A DNA stretch of 64,000 nucleotides from NCBI GenBank assembly GCA_964057225.1, contig OZ059895.1, positions 9,300,001 through 9,364,000 on the forward strand, given 5' to 3'. A program made the translations under genes and the position numbers. The notes under the pieces were generated by a model. The model was given only the letters and a program-made list of their open reading frames with translations, was not told the DNA's origin and did no database searches. Each line of letters opens with the position of its first letter. Position 1 is the first letter of the stretch. Of this stretch, positions 30,695 to 41,708 are shown piece by piece. This DNA comes from Auanema rhodensis (taxonomy: Eukaryota; Animalia; Nematoda).

Positions 30695-33600
30695 TTACAC
30701 CTTTAAACGTTCGTGAACTCTGAATAAAGCTAATACAAAACTTAAGAGAATGAGAATATAAATAAAAGTTACTGATTCAAATATGAATTTAGGAGCAAAA
30801 ATTTTCCAAACCATTAAGTGTCTTCGATGTATGGTTGCTGACATACATACAAATAAAACTCGTACTGATGACATAGATAATAAAGTGAATATGGAATATT
30901 TCGAAAAGGTAGGATGAATAGGTAAAGCAAATATCACAACAGGAATAACTACACATATATGAGTTATTACTAAAATAGCTGGTAGCAGCTGAATTTGAAT
31001 ATTTCCCGGAAGGCCAACAAAAGCAGCCTGCCAAGGAATCGCCGACAGTGTAGGTGAATGACCAACGAAATAAAAACCGAAAGATATAAGCAAAGTACAG
31101 ACCAAAGGCAAATTTTCTGGAATTTTAACTTTAATATCTTTTTGTGCTTTACCTTCCTCACTTTCTGAGCAAACTTGAAAAATAGCGCCTATAAGAACAA
31201 TAAAAAGTATGAGAGCTATTGTTAAACCATCTCCAAGAATTAAGAAAAATGACCAGCAAAGAGCATACACAATGCAAATTAAGCTTGAATTAAATTTACT
31301 ATAAAATAACTTAAAATTGTAAAATAAAGAGATGACTAAACCTGCGTGCATTTAAAGATAAGAAGAAGGAAAGTGCACTACACGCATATACAACCTGAAA
31401 AACAAATTCATCAAAGTTTTAAGTATTAAATTATTTTACTTGGGCTAGAATTAGAGAAATATGACCATATTTTGTATTGGAGCCAAGGGATATCGTAGAC
31501 ATATGATGAAGAACCGTGAAGAAAAGAGCTGGGCGAGACATAGTCCAAGCTAAGCGGAGGGAAGAAGGAATACTTGGATTTACGAACTTTCGATATAACC
31601 AAAAGTTTAAACAGATTTGAGAGATGATTGAGAGAAAGAGTCTCACAATTTGCATATCGGCTGAAAAGAAAAATTAGTTCTGCTATAATATGAAAACTCA
31701 CATGTCAAAGAACCTGATAGCTCTGAAGGAAAATATGATGTACAATTTATTTCTTCTTCTCGGCACCTATGAAAAAAAGGTTCACATCTTAGAATAATCA
31801 GAGCAGTCATAGTACAAAGAGTTTCCTTAGAAGTCATTAATGATTTAACAGTGTATTTATTTAATCTTAAAGAATAAATTAGATTATAAGTAAAACTTAA
31901 TTAAACTTACGATGAACATTTGTCAATAAAAATAAACAAAACAACTGATTGTAGCAGGAATCTTGTAACATGGCCTTCATATACAATGTAACTATTTGAT
32001 AAGAAAGTTATCGGATATCCAACACAAACTTAAAATGGAAATTATCAGTGAAATGTAGACTTCTTAACTTACCCAAAAACAAGAAAGTTTCTAATACTGA
32101 ATATTGATATGGAAATAATCGTAACAGACTATATACAATTGAATATACAATTGATATTAATAATGACACTAGAAGAAGCGGAACTGCTGCATTATTTTCG
32201 GCTCCTGCGGATAAAATAGCAAATTGAAGAAATAAGCATCCAGTTCTAACTAAAATATGCATAATGCTCAGATACGGAAAGCACATCTCCCACTTACCAA
32301 CAATTGTTGGATTCGTTAACTCTCTTCCAGACAAACTAAAGAAGAATGCTTCAACAAATGAAAACAAACCAGATCGCATTAAAGGCCAATCAAACTGAGT
32401 CCAGCTTGACCTCAAAACACTCTGAATTCGTGACATAATTCTGAAAGTTATTTCAATGTTTTAGAAGTTTAACAGTATGAATGCATACGCTAATTGTTCT
32501 TCTGCACTGGATCCCTCCCGCGAAATAGCATCAAATAGTTCACCAAAGTAATTAGAAGATGCATAAGTGTTAGCAAACCTAAATTTACTTTAAGGATCAA
32601 GAGAATGTAATATCATACAAACCTGAGAAGTTGATCATAGTTAAGATTGACTACTGTCTCTCGCAGACTAGGATCGAATAACTCGCTGATTACCGTACCT
32701 AGGTTGGAATACGGTATTGGTAATCCGAGGAGTAAAGATATCGTCGGGACTATATCAATCTGTTGATAAGGTGTTTCCCGTAAATATATGTGTCTACCAG
32801 GAGAATAAACCTAAAAATTTGAAAAATGAGCCATTACCAATCCCCTTTTAAAGTAACTTCAAAACTTACAAATATTCCAGCATGAGTTTCATCGAAGCTG
32901 TCACCGCCATGATCGCCTGTTGCAGTCATACCATGATCCCCCATTACAATAAGTAGATCATCATCATGTAACTTAGAAGCAATTTCAGAGATAAACCGAT
33001 CCGTCTAAAAATAGAAACAAGTTAGGAAAATCAAAATATACTTTCACCTTTCTAAGCACATTTCCCATTTCAGCATGAGATGGTCCATGCTTATGACCAC
33101 AATGATCTACACCTAAAACATGAGCAATAATCAAGTCCATTTCTTCGTTACTGTCTAGTTGCGTCTTCACAAGTGCTACAAAAAAATTATTAAGAGATAA
33201 GAAAAAAAATATATACCCCTGACGTTATCATCAACAGAATACAAATCGTTAATGTTGAAACTTGGAAAGCCTCTTGCCTTAGTGAATGCATTTGGAAAAA
33301 GGGAAACCCTAGAAACAAAATAATTGAAACTAATGATAAAAGACGCTTGACCAAGTATCATCTCCACAGAAAAAAACCCGGCGATTTAAACTTTTCGCTT
33401 GAGCTATGAAATTATCTTCCATGATAGGAGCATCCGGAGAAAAGTTACTACCAGCTTCTATGAAAGTTGGTAATGTTCCTTAGAAATTTTTACAGTACAC
33501 CTGTTGAGAGATAGCAAGAACACCTGTTGTTATCGCCTTAATTCTTTGCAAAGTTGTGGTTGGTGGATCGGAAATTACGCTGGCAATAGCACCTCCCATA

Positions 33601-33913
33601 TCCAATAATCGTTGCACGTTTTTCATTTGACCTTGATAATGCTTTTCGGAAACACCGGCTGTAGTTGGCTTTAAGAAATCGAATCTTAGAGCATCTACAA
33701 TAAGCAAAAACACCTAAACAAGGCTATTCAGCTAAATATTTCGATAATAATTACTTTTCCATGTTGTTTTGGTAACCAGCATTCAGAGTGATTAACATTG
33801 GCATCCAAGCATGTGCTATTAATATGCAATTCTTCCCGTTTTAACAAAAACCCGGATTGAAAAATCAAGAGAGATAAGACAAACGACAGACTCAGTAAAA
33901 ACAAGCGTAACAT
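30695..33913 (-). CDS. PIGO: GPI ethanolamine phosphate transferase 3 (PIG-O)
   Basis: [82 protein letters not shown]. Confidence 0.92.
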
Positions 33914-34122
33914 CGTCAAAAACCTATTCCGTGCTCATACCCTATTTCGAAACCACCTAGAACTATTCCACTCTCAAATCGTATATAATCATCGTAAATT
34001 CAAGATATGAATATGTTGATTGAAAAACAATTTCTCACAATATAAAAATATAAATAATAAAGTTTTATAAAAGCTTGTCTACAACTGCTACGAAATACGC
34101 AGAGATTATAAACACGAGGTAT

Positions 34123-35208
34123 TTACAAAATATAATCAGTGACTCCTGAGCCTCTTAAGATCTTTGTTCCAGTAGAGAGAAGTGTGATGAAGTTAGAAGC
34201 CTAAAATGAAATAATGTCTCTGCTATCTTAATATTTTAATACTTGAGTATGTGCTGTCCTCCGTCCGGGCGAATTCACAGATGCAGCAGAAGAACCAGAC
34301 GACTTTTTCGTTGGCAGTTTTGGTAATTTTTTTGAAGAAAGAACTTTCTAAAACAGATAAATTTAAAAACTTTACAAAATAGCATTTTTTACATTATTAG
34401 AGAATGTTCGCTTGAAAACATTTTTTCCTTGTCGAGGTGAAGTTAGTTTGGGTGATTTATTGGTGTCCATGCTTTTTTTGTGTGCTTCTTTCTTATTTTT
34501 TGAACAATTCTAAAATAAAATACTAATATCAGGTCAGGGAATTCTAACTCACTTTTTGAATAACAGATTTTGAATTTTGAAATTCTTCTTCTTCTTCAAG
34601 CTTTGCCTGATTGGTTTCTGATAGATCCTTGGAACACTCCGTTTTTTTTTGCACCTTTTTTGAAATCTATTAAGAATAAATCAAATTGATTATTATTGTT
34701 CAACTTACTATATCTGCTTTATCTTGAGCCTTATCAGCAATTTTCTTTTTTTCTGGCTTAGAATCTTGCTTCTTATTTTTAACTATGATATTTTTTGTTT
34801 CTGGTCCTTTAACATCTACTTTTCCTTTCACAGTATCAGCTTTCCTGTTCTTAATCCTTGGGCTGATACTATCATTTGACTTTTGATCGCTGACATTATT
34901 TTTAGGAGGTGAAACACGTGCTTTTTTAATAGGTGAAGATTTCGGAGTTGTTTTTACGTTGGCTGCCTTCTTTTTCAACTTTTTGTTATCTTTCTTTTTA
35001 CCCTTTGGGTCATCTTTAGATTCTTCTAAGCTCGCACGGAGTGCCTTCTCAATTTCACGACGATCAAATCTGTTATAATAGAAAAGGTAAAGCTATTACA
35101 AAACTCCAAATGTATGGAGAACTGAACTAACCCTTCCTGATTCAGAGCTCCCAAATCTATTCTTTGTCTTTGACTCCTACGTGCTCCACTTGAACTATCA
35201 GGAGACAT
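34123..35208 (-). CDS. Unknown Lys/Ser/Pro-rich basic protein (multi-exon)
   Basis: Open exons with GT-AG boundaries: MSPDSSSGARRSQRQRIDLGALNQE...KTTPKSSPIKKARVSPPK...SNFITLLSTGTKILRGSGVTDYIL*. No family recognised. Confidence 0.6.
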
Positions 35209-35645
35209 ATACTAGAAGCCTTTACTACAAACATTATTCGAATATTCAGGAAAAAAAGCGAATATAAATGGAAACAACCATTATTTGTACAATACATAAA
35301 ATAACCACCAATATTTACTTGTCAGAAGTGAGCAGCAGAGGCATCATGTAACATGAATAAAAAAAACGAAAAGGGAGATCTAACGACGTTTTGATCGATA
35401 ACATACCGAAAGACTGAATTGTACAAGCAAAATAGCACTAAATCAACGCTATAATAATAGAAGAAAAACAACGCACAGAATAGAATATATAAAAAAGAAG
35501 TTAAATTGATTTTGAATCATAATTCAAAGGATTCAAGCTAACCAGTAATTCCTTGAGAAAAGTTTCCACAATTCCAACAAATGAGCTAGCATGAAAAAAG
35601 GGTCGTGAAATAAACCATGTCATACATTAAATAATACAATATTCC

Positions 35646-35646
<1 letters not shown>

Positions 35647-35685
<39 letters not shown>
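35647..35685. repeat. (AAT)n microsatellite just 3' of the Treslin stop codon
   Basis: Perfect AAT/TAA trinucleotide run. Confidence 0.9.
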
Positions 35686-35686
<1 letters not shown>

Positions 35687-35692
35687 GAAGAT

Positions 35693-38330
35693 TCAATCCG
35701 TAGAATCTGACTTTTGGCTACCAGACGGTGAGGACGGCTGAATTCTATTCCGACTGCGTAATCGATTCAGCTTTAACTTATCTTTCTTCTTAGCAATCCG
35801 AACCTTTAATTTAAGTTTAAACTAACCACATGAAGTAAGTTATGCACATACCAGCCTTTGTAGTTTTGTAGCAGTACCGGCTGCTAATTTTCCGGTTTTA
35901 AAGGGATCCAAAGGAGAAGGATTGTGAACGTTTAGAAGAATATGAGCTAAAATATAATATTAATTAGTTAGATAACATTTCAGGAAAACAAACCAATGTG
36001 AACCGTGCTACTGGGTGCGCGAACCGTTCTACCTGTTCTATTTTTTTGTACATTTTTTGGATCAATCTGAGCATTTTCTAGTTCGAAATCTTCGAATAAA
36101 CTGGTACGTTCACGACTTTCACTATCAGTAATCTGAATGTTTTTGGTTCGTGATATTTCTAACATTCTTTGTTTATATCTGTAAAATGTGATGTGATAAA
36201 AGTATGTTAATAATCCAAACTTCTTCAACTGATCAGAAGTAAAGCCTGCAATTGAGCCTATTGTGTCAGGTGTCTTATCCAAATTCTTAGATTCACCAGA
36301 TTGTGAATCTAACTTCAACTTCTTCTTCTCTTGAGTTGTAGATTCATCAGCAGACTATATAAAATAGAGATATACACAACAAAAAGATTGAAACTAACTC
36401 TTTTGGTGACTAAGTTTTTACGAGGTGAACGACGAGAAGTAGGTTCAGGAGTTGCAACAAAACGGTCAATTAAATTTAGCCTAGCAGTTCTATTAGGTCT
36501 AGGAGATGGTGTGTTCAAACCCAAAAGCAGCTGCTTATTAGAATTAGGAGCAACAGTACTCTAAATATAGACATTAAAAACAGATTTTTCAATCAAAACT
36601 ACATTAATAATAGCTTTAGCTTTGTTCATTGGCAACATACTGCCTCTGGTGGTTCTAGTTCTTTCTTCACTGAAAAAGAATGAGTTAGTGATAACAATAA
36701 ACCTTGCGGAAACCTTAGCTTAACAAGTTCACTCAATCTTTTAGAGCTTTTCTTATTAACCCCCCGAAGTTTAGCCATAGGTGTCTGTTTTACAACCTAA
36801 ATTTAACTCATAAAACTTAATGAAAAATGCAAATGAAATACATCAGAACTTTCAGTAGGCAGTTCCTTTTTCAGCTTTTCCTCGGGAGTGTCTGGCACTA
36901 TTTTCGGTATTTTACGAAGTGTTCGCACAGCCTTTGTAGGGGAAATTTCTAGATTCAAATGAGTCAGTTAAAATAAAGATCATTATATCAAATCACCTAA
37001 TTTCTTCTCACCAATCAAACGTCTTTTATTTTTTTTATCCACGTTGAAAACATCGCTAACACTATCCGCCAATGCAATATCGTTTATTATCTTATTCAAC
37101 TCTTTCAATTGATTTGTATTAGGTTGTTTAATAACCCAGGGCAATGGCTCATCCTAAAACACTCTAAAATCTAAAAACTATTACTTCCTTTGCTTACCCT
37201 CTCTACGCTGTCTGTTCCATATTCTTCTAAATCCACCGGTAACGTAACACATAGCTCATCAAATATTTGGCATAAAGATCTAGGAATTTGATGAGCAAAC
37301 CTGAACTACTTTTTACAGTAGAAAACAAAAAGGTTTCACTTACAAATCACAAATTTGTTCTTCTAAAAACGATTTCATAGTAGTAGAATCTGACCAGATA
37401 TACAGACAACGAAGATTTTTCACTATCTTCAATAACAAACCTATTGAAAAATATAGTATGAACACGAAATCTTACATCATCTATATTATCTGATCCCTCC
37501 AGTTGTAAAGCATGGCATTGAAGTAAAATCTGTACTTGAACTTCTAACTGAGCAGATTCACTCACTTCCACATGTTTAATACATAAATCCTTATTAGTAT
37601 ATAATAATCGGTTACGCAAAAAATCCAAAAATAATTTCTAAGAAAAACAATATCATAAAAAACAATTAACTGAACTGAACCTCGTGATCTTGATCCATAT
37701 TATTCTGCCGGTGATATAGATAAAAACTGTTGACTAGAAATTGATAAAGATATACCGCATCTTTTGATGCATCTTTTACGAGTCCCAAATATAATTCCAT
37801 ATATTTTTCATTAAAATCATCATTAAGAATTTCTAAAATTAAGTAAACATAATAATACAATTCGTAAATATCTCACCGAATTGAGCAGCATCATCATGAA
37901 TTAATAAATTTCGTCGACTGTGTCGTAACTCCTGAAAATAATATATACGAATTAATATAAAATTAATCCCTAAAAACCTGTATCCTTTTCAAACGATTAT
38001 TTTGTACTTTTGTAAGCATACAGCTGCGTTCAGAAGCTAAAATTGAAATAAATACAAGAAAAAACGGGGTATCGTTTACAATTTGATTCACTGCATTCTG
38101 TAGGTGAAATAGATCCTGGATCTTTATTGGACTCACATTCAAGCATAACTCCAGGCTCGTCAAGGTAATCTATAATTGACCTGAGTAAGTATATATCTTC
38201 TCAACTTGAGTAAGTATATAAGCCTCGATAGATTTTTTTTCATGAGTGATATTTGATATTGAGAGAAGGTTGTTTTCTCATCGAGATTTATCATTATTCT
38301 TCTCAAATGGAACTTTACCATTCTTGAATT
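35693..38330 (-). CDS. TICRR: Treslin/TICRR (Sld3 ortholog) replication-initiation factor; 5' end unresolved, may extend across the Merlin element to exons at 40597-41160
   Basis: Sld3/Treslin-domain-like segment LEVQVQILLQCHAL...IVKNLRCLYIW...MKSFLEEQICDLFAHQIPRSLCQIFDELCVTLP, followed by paired CDK-type sites IVPDTPEEK and VVKQTPMAK and an S/TP-rich disordered tail. Confidence 0.65.
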
Positions 38331-38805
38331 GAAAATGAAATTAACTTTGCGTCATTTGCGTTGGGATGCGGAAAACACGATTTAAAACTGCTTTCATGAA
38401 TATTAAAACAAATTAAAATTTGATAACAAATATCATTTTTCACCGAGTATAAAGTTATATACAAGATAAGAGTCACGAACATTGCTGCCACTATATAATT
38501 ACTTTTGTCAATTATGAGATAATGAACATTATGCTCAAAATTTATTGATTTTTTTTTCTTAAGAAAAATAATAAATGTTATAAGTAAAAATTAAAAAGAT
38601 AAACTCTGAGTTAGAAAATGGTTGTTATAGTATTAAACGGCTCTAGTGCAGTTTCCCCCCCCCCCCCCGCCTAAGCCCCGCCCCTTTTGCCAAACGGTGC
38701 ATACTTTTTGTCAACCTGTATAATTTTAAACCGGCGGGAGACATACCTTTCAGAACGGGGGGTTTGGGGGGTTTACCCCCCATTCCCGGTGTTTAGTTAA
38801 TTTTT

Positions 38806-40412
38806 TTAAAATTTTCTTTTGATTTTCTTCTGAATTTCTTCTGAATTTATGTGTCTATGGCGCCACATAAATTCACACAAATAACCATCTAACATGTGAG
38901 TCTGTACTCCCCATAAACGCTTAAATTTGGCTTTCGCAATGTTCCAAACTCCCTCTATAGTATTAGTATGCGCTACGGTTTCGGGGTCAACAAAATTATA
39001 TGTATGGTTAACCGTCAGATGGGTGTATAGCTTGTTTAAAGATTCTAACCCCCCCCCCCCATAAGCGCGCCAGCAGTCTGATATTATAGTACTTCCAGGA
39101 TTTATTGAGAACTCAATACATTCCTGGAGAGTAGCTCTACTTCTATCAGGCACTGCATACAAAAACATTCCTTTGTCTCACGACATATCCCCCCAAACAC
39201 CCATTGCTCTGGCTTAACCCTATCAACATTATATTTACGCTTAGATACTGGGGTCTCATCTATCTCTACAGTCATATTAGGGCTCCCTATTTTAACTGGA
39301 TTTTTTAAAAGGGAGTGAGCACAGACTTCACGTAAAAAATTATTACAATCTACTACGGTATGGTTGGATCCTATTCCGAGCTCATCTTTGCAAAATTGGA
39401 CTGTTGTATACTCCTTTGTCCAACAGTAAATGAAGAGTATGAAGTTCAAATTCGATAAGTGAGAACCTACAGTCCTGTGCGATGAAGGTTGCACACCCCT
39501 ATGTTAGAGGACCCAGAATTCCCCTTCAAACTACAAAAAAAAAATTTTTTTTTAATTTCAAAAATTTTGCGAGTTTATATAGTATATAGTCAGTAAAAAT
39601 ATATGTTAATATAACTAAAACTGATTTCAATATTATTTTCTAAATTTATAAGGAAAAATAGTGTTTTTTGACTATTTTGAATAATTCATCTTAATATAAC
39701 AAAATTTGAGATTAGGAAAGAAGTTAATTCATTAGAAATGTTTTAAAATGATTCTAAGCACAGAGCTCGATCAATAACCAAGTTTTTCCTATGGCATAGC
39801 TTCAAACAAGTAAGCTTCATCATCTGAATCTTACTGAATATCTATGAAGAGAACTTGGTTGACGTACAAACAAATTCTCCCGTTTAAAAAAAAAATTGAC
39901 GTTTAGGGTACTCCTAACATTCTATCAAAAGATTATGTTCGAAGTTTTGATGAAACTTCTGAAATTCATGAAAAAAGACTTCAAGCAGTTTATGAAAATT
40001 TCGGAGACTTCAAAAAATACTTTTAAACATGGTTTTTAAAACTTTAAAGATTTTTTCTGAATTTATTATCGTTTTTTAAAATCCAAAATATATTTTTTCT
40101 GAATTTTTGTAGTTTGTCTGAGAAGGTATAAGGGTTTCTAGTGGGTGTGCAATCTTCATCGCACAGGACTGTATTTAATTTTAATTAATTACATCTTAAA
40201 AGTAAAGCTATACCTTCTAAAAATGTTCTTTTTTTTTAATTACTGTTCTTTCCTACAGCTTTTTTGGGGCATCTCCACCGTTCACGCTCTATTGAGAGCT
40301 TCATTTCAGATTGGCAGAGGCGACAGATCATAGCATCTGGTAAAATCCCCTTTTCTTGCAAAAATCGAATTGCACTTTCTTTAGTTGCAACTTTATCTCT
40401 CAGAGCGAACAT
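38806..40412 (-). pseudogene. Merlin DDE transposase pseudogene (one intron, premature TAA, two frameshifts)
   Basis: Exon 1 MFALRDKV...CRLCQSEM...WRCPKKSC (Zn ribbon), then TAA and an A-run frameshift before RTFLEG|SHL; exon 2 VEIDET, WVFGGICRE, TIISDCWRAY, HLTVNH, HTNTIEGVW, YLCEFMWR, with a frameshift near 39165. Confidence 0.9.
39470..40171. mobile_element. Non-autonomous Tc1/mariner-type element (MITE, 702 bp) nested in the Merlin
   Basis: 29-bp TIRs CAGTCCTGTGCGATGAAG(G/A)TTGCACACCC with one mismatch, flanked by TA at 39468-39469 and 40172-40173; AT-rich non-coding interior. Confidence 0.92.
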
Positions 40413-40596
40413 GCTGTCAGATTGAGTTCGAGATTTCGATTGTTTTTTATATGATATTTATTATAATTTATTTAATTTTTAAGCAACTGTGTGCATTTCG
40501 GCAAAAGGGGCGGGGCTTATGGCCGGGGGTGGGGAAACTGCACTTGAGCTTATTAAACAATTAGCAAATGTTTAAAATAAAAAGCTTAAATCTTAC

Positions 40597-41160
40597 CTTT
40601 CTTATTGTTAATATTAACAGTTTCAACCCTTGAAATAGAAATAAGCGAACAAGATGTATGCACACTTTGATAAACAGACGTATCATCTCCGATCTTAACA
40701 TTGAGATTTTATATTTCTGATATATATTTAAGTGCAAACCGTTTTCCTAATAGCACTTTGTAATTCAGAAATTACATTTGTAGTGGTATAATCTTCATTT
40801 TCACCCACAATGCTAAAACATCTTTATAAAAAACAAAAAACTTCAATAAAGCATTACCTATGTTCTATTTCTACAACAGTATCTTCAAACGGCATTCTAT
40901 TTGTATATATGAGAACGTTTACATAAACCTGAAAACAGGAAACTCAAACGAAAATAAATAAGTGCCAGCTATTTAGTATATAAAAGAATCAGGTGAAACT
41001 AAACTGTATAGATATCAACAAATCTTGCATTGCAATTTGATGATAGCAAATATAGTAGTTATAAATTAGCACTAATTATTGTACAACTCTGGAGCCAATG
41101 CATGCGAAAAGTAATAAGCTAAATCAAAGCTTCCAATTTGTGTACCGAAATCGATAACCT
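40597..41160 (-). CDS. Unassigned coding exons (possible N-terminal part of Treslin or a separate small gene)
   Basis: Open segments with splice boundaries, e.g. KYKNLNVKIGDDTSVYQSVHTSCSLISISRVETVNINNKK ending at a strong AG|GTAAGA donor at 40597, and VYVNVLIYTNRMPFEDTVVEIEH. Confidence 0.45.
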
Positions 41161-41708
41161 AGTCAATATGCAATGTAAACAAAAGTAGGGCAGCCAATAA
41201 TTGCAAAATCAGAATACCAAAATACTAGTGTAACAATTTAGACTAAATATTTAAAATGAGATAAAACTGAATATGATAGTAGCTTATATCAATGAATAAG
41301 TAAATTGGAAAATTAGAAAATAGAAAATATTGGGTCAAAGCCGCAGAAATTTTAGTAAATATTCAAAAATAATTCGATAGCATGCATGGTTCAAATATGT
41401 AAAAATAATTTGCAACTGGAATATATGTTTCAAGCAAAACGCAAAATGATCAATATGAACCCTGGAGGTCATCCACGGTTTGCATGCAGTGCGTCGGTCA
41501 GCGGACGCCTATTGGACTTGACCTTACCATAGTGCATTAATAGCCACATTGAAAACAATAAATAAGGTATATGATTGTAAAACAAAATATACCAATTAAT
41601 AAAACGAAATTCAAATCTTTTTAAAATCATCTAAAATTTCAACAATAACATTTGTAACAATAAATTTTAACAGTATTAGGTTTAAACAACAATTTGTAAA
41701 TTGTAGGC

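Larger units (their letters stand above)
38639..40550 (-). mobile_element. Merlin-superfamily (IS1595/IS1016-related) DNA transposon, decayed
   Basis: 8-bp TSD TATTAAAC at 38631-38638 and 40551-40558; ~60-bp imperfect TIRs (GGCTCTAGTGCAGTTTCCCC...TAAGCCCCGCCCCTTTTGCC versus its inverse ending GGGGAAACTGCACTTGAGCT); 5' GG terminus; internal DDE transposase. Confidence 0.93.

Noticed and set aside
38181-38223. Third GC-AG intron containing a 14-bp direct repeat
   Set aside because: Size is plausible (43 nt) but several alternative exon paths exist, so it cannot be supported.
38669-38674. Telomeric GCCTAA as a telomere-addition or DNA-elimination site
   Set aside because: A single hexamer inside a TIR; no array.
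38806-39494. Bacterial IS1595 element acquired by horizontal transfer or contamination
   Set aside because: The transposase has a spliceosomal intron, an 8-bp TSD and long GG-starting TIRs, and sits in contiguous nematode sequence; this is the eukaryotic Merlin superfamily.
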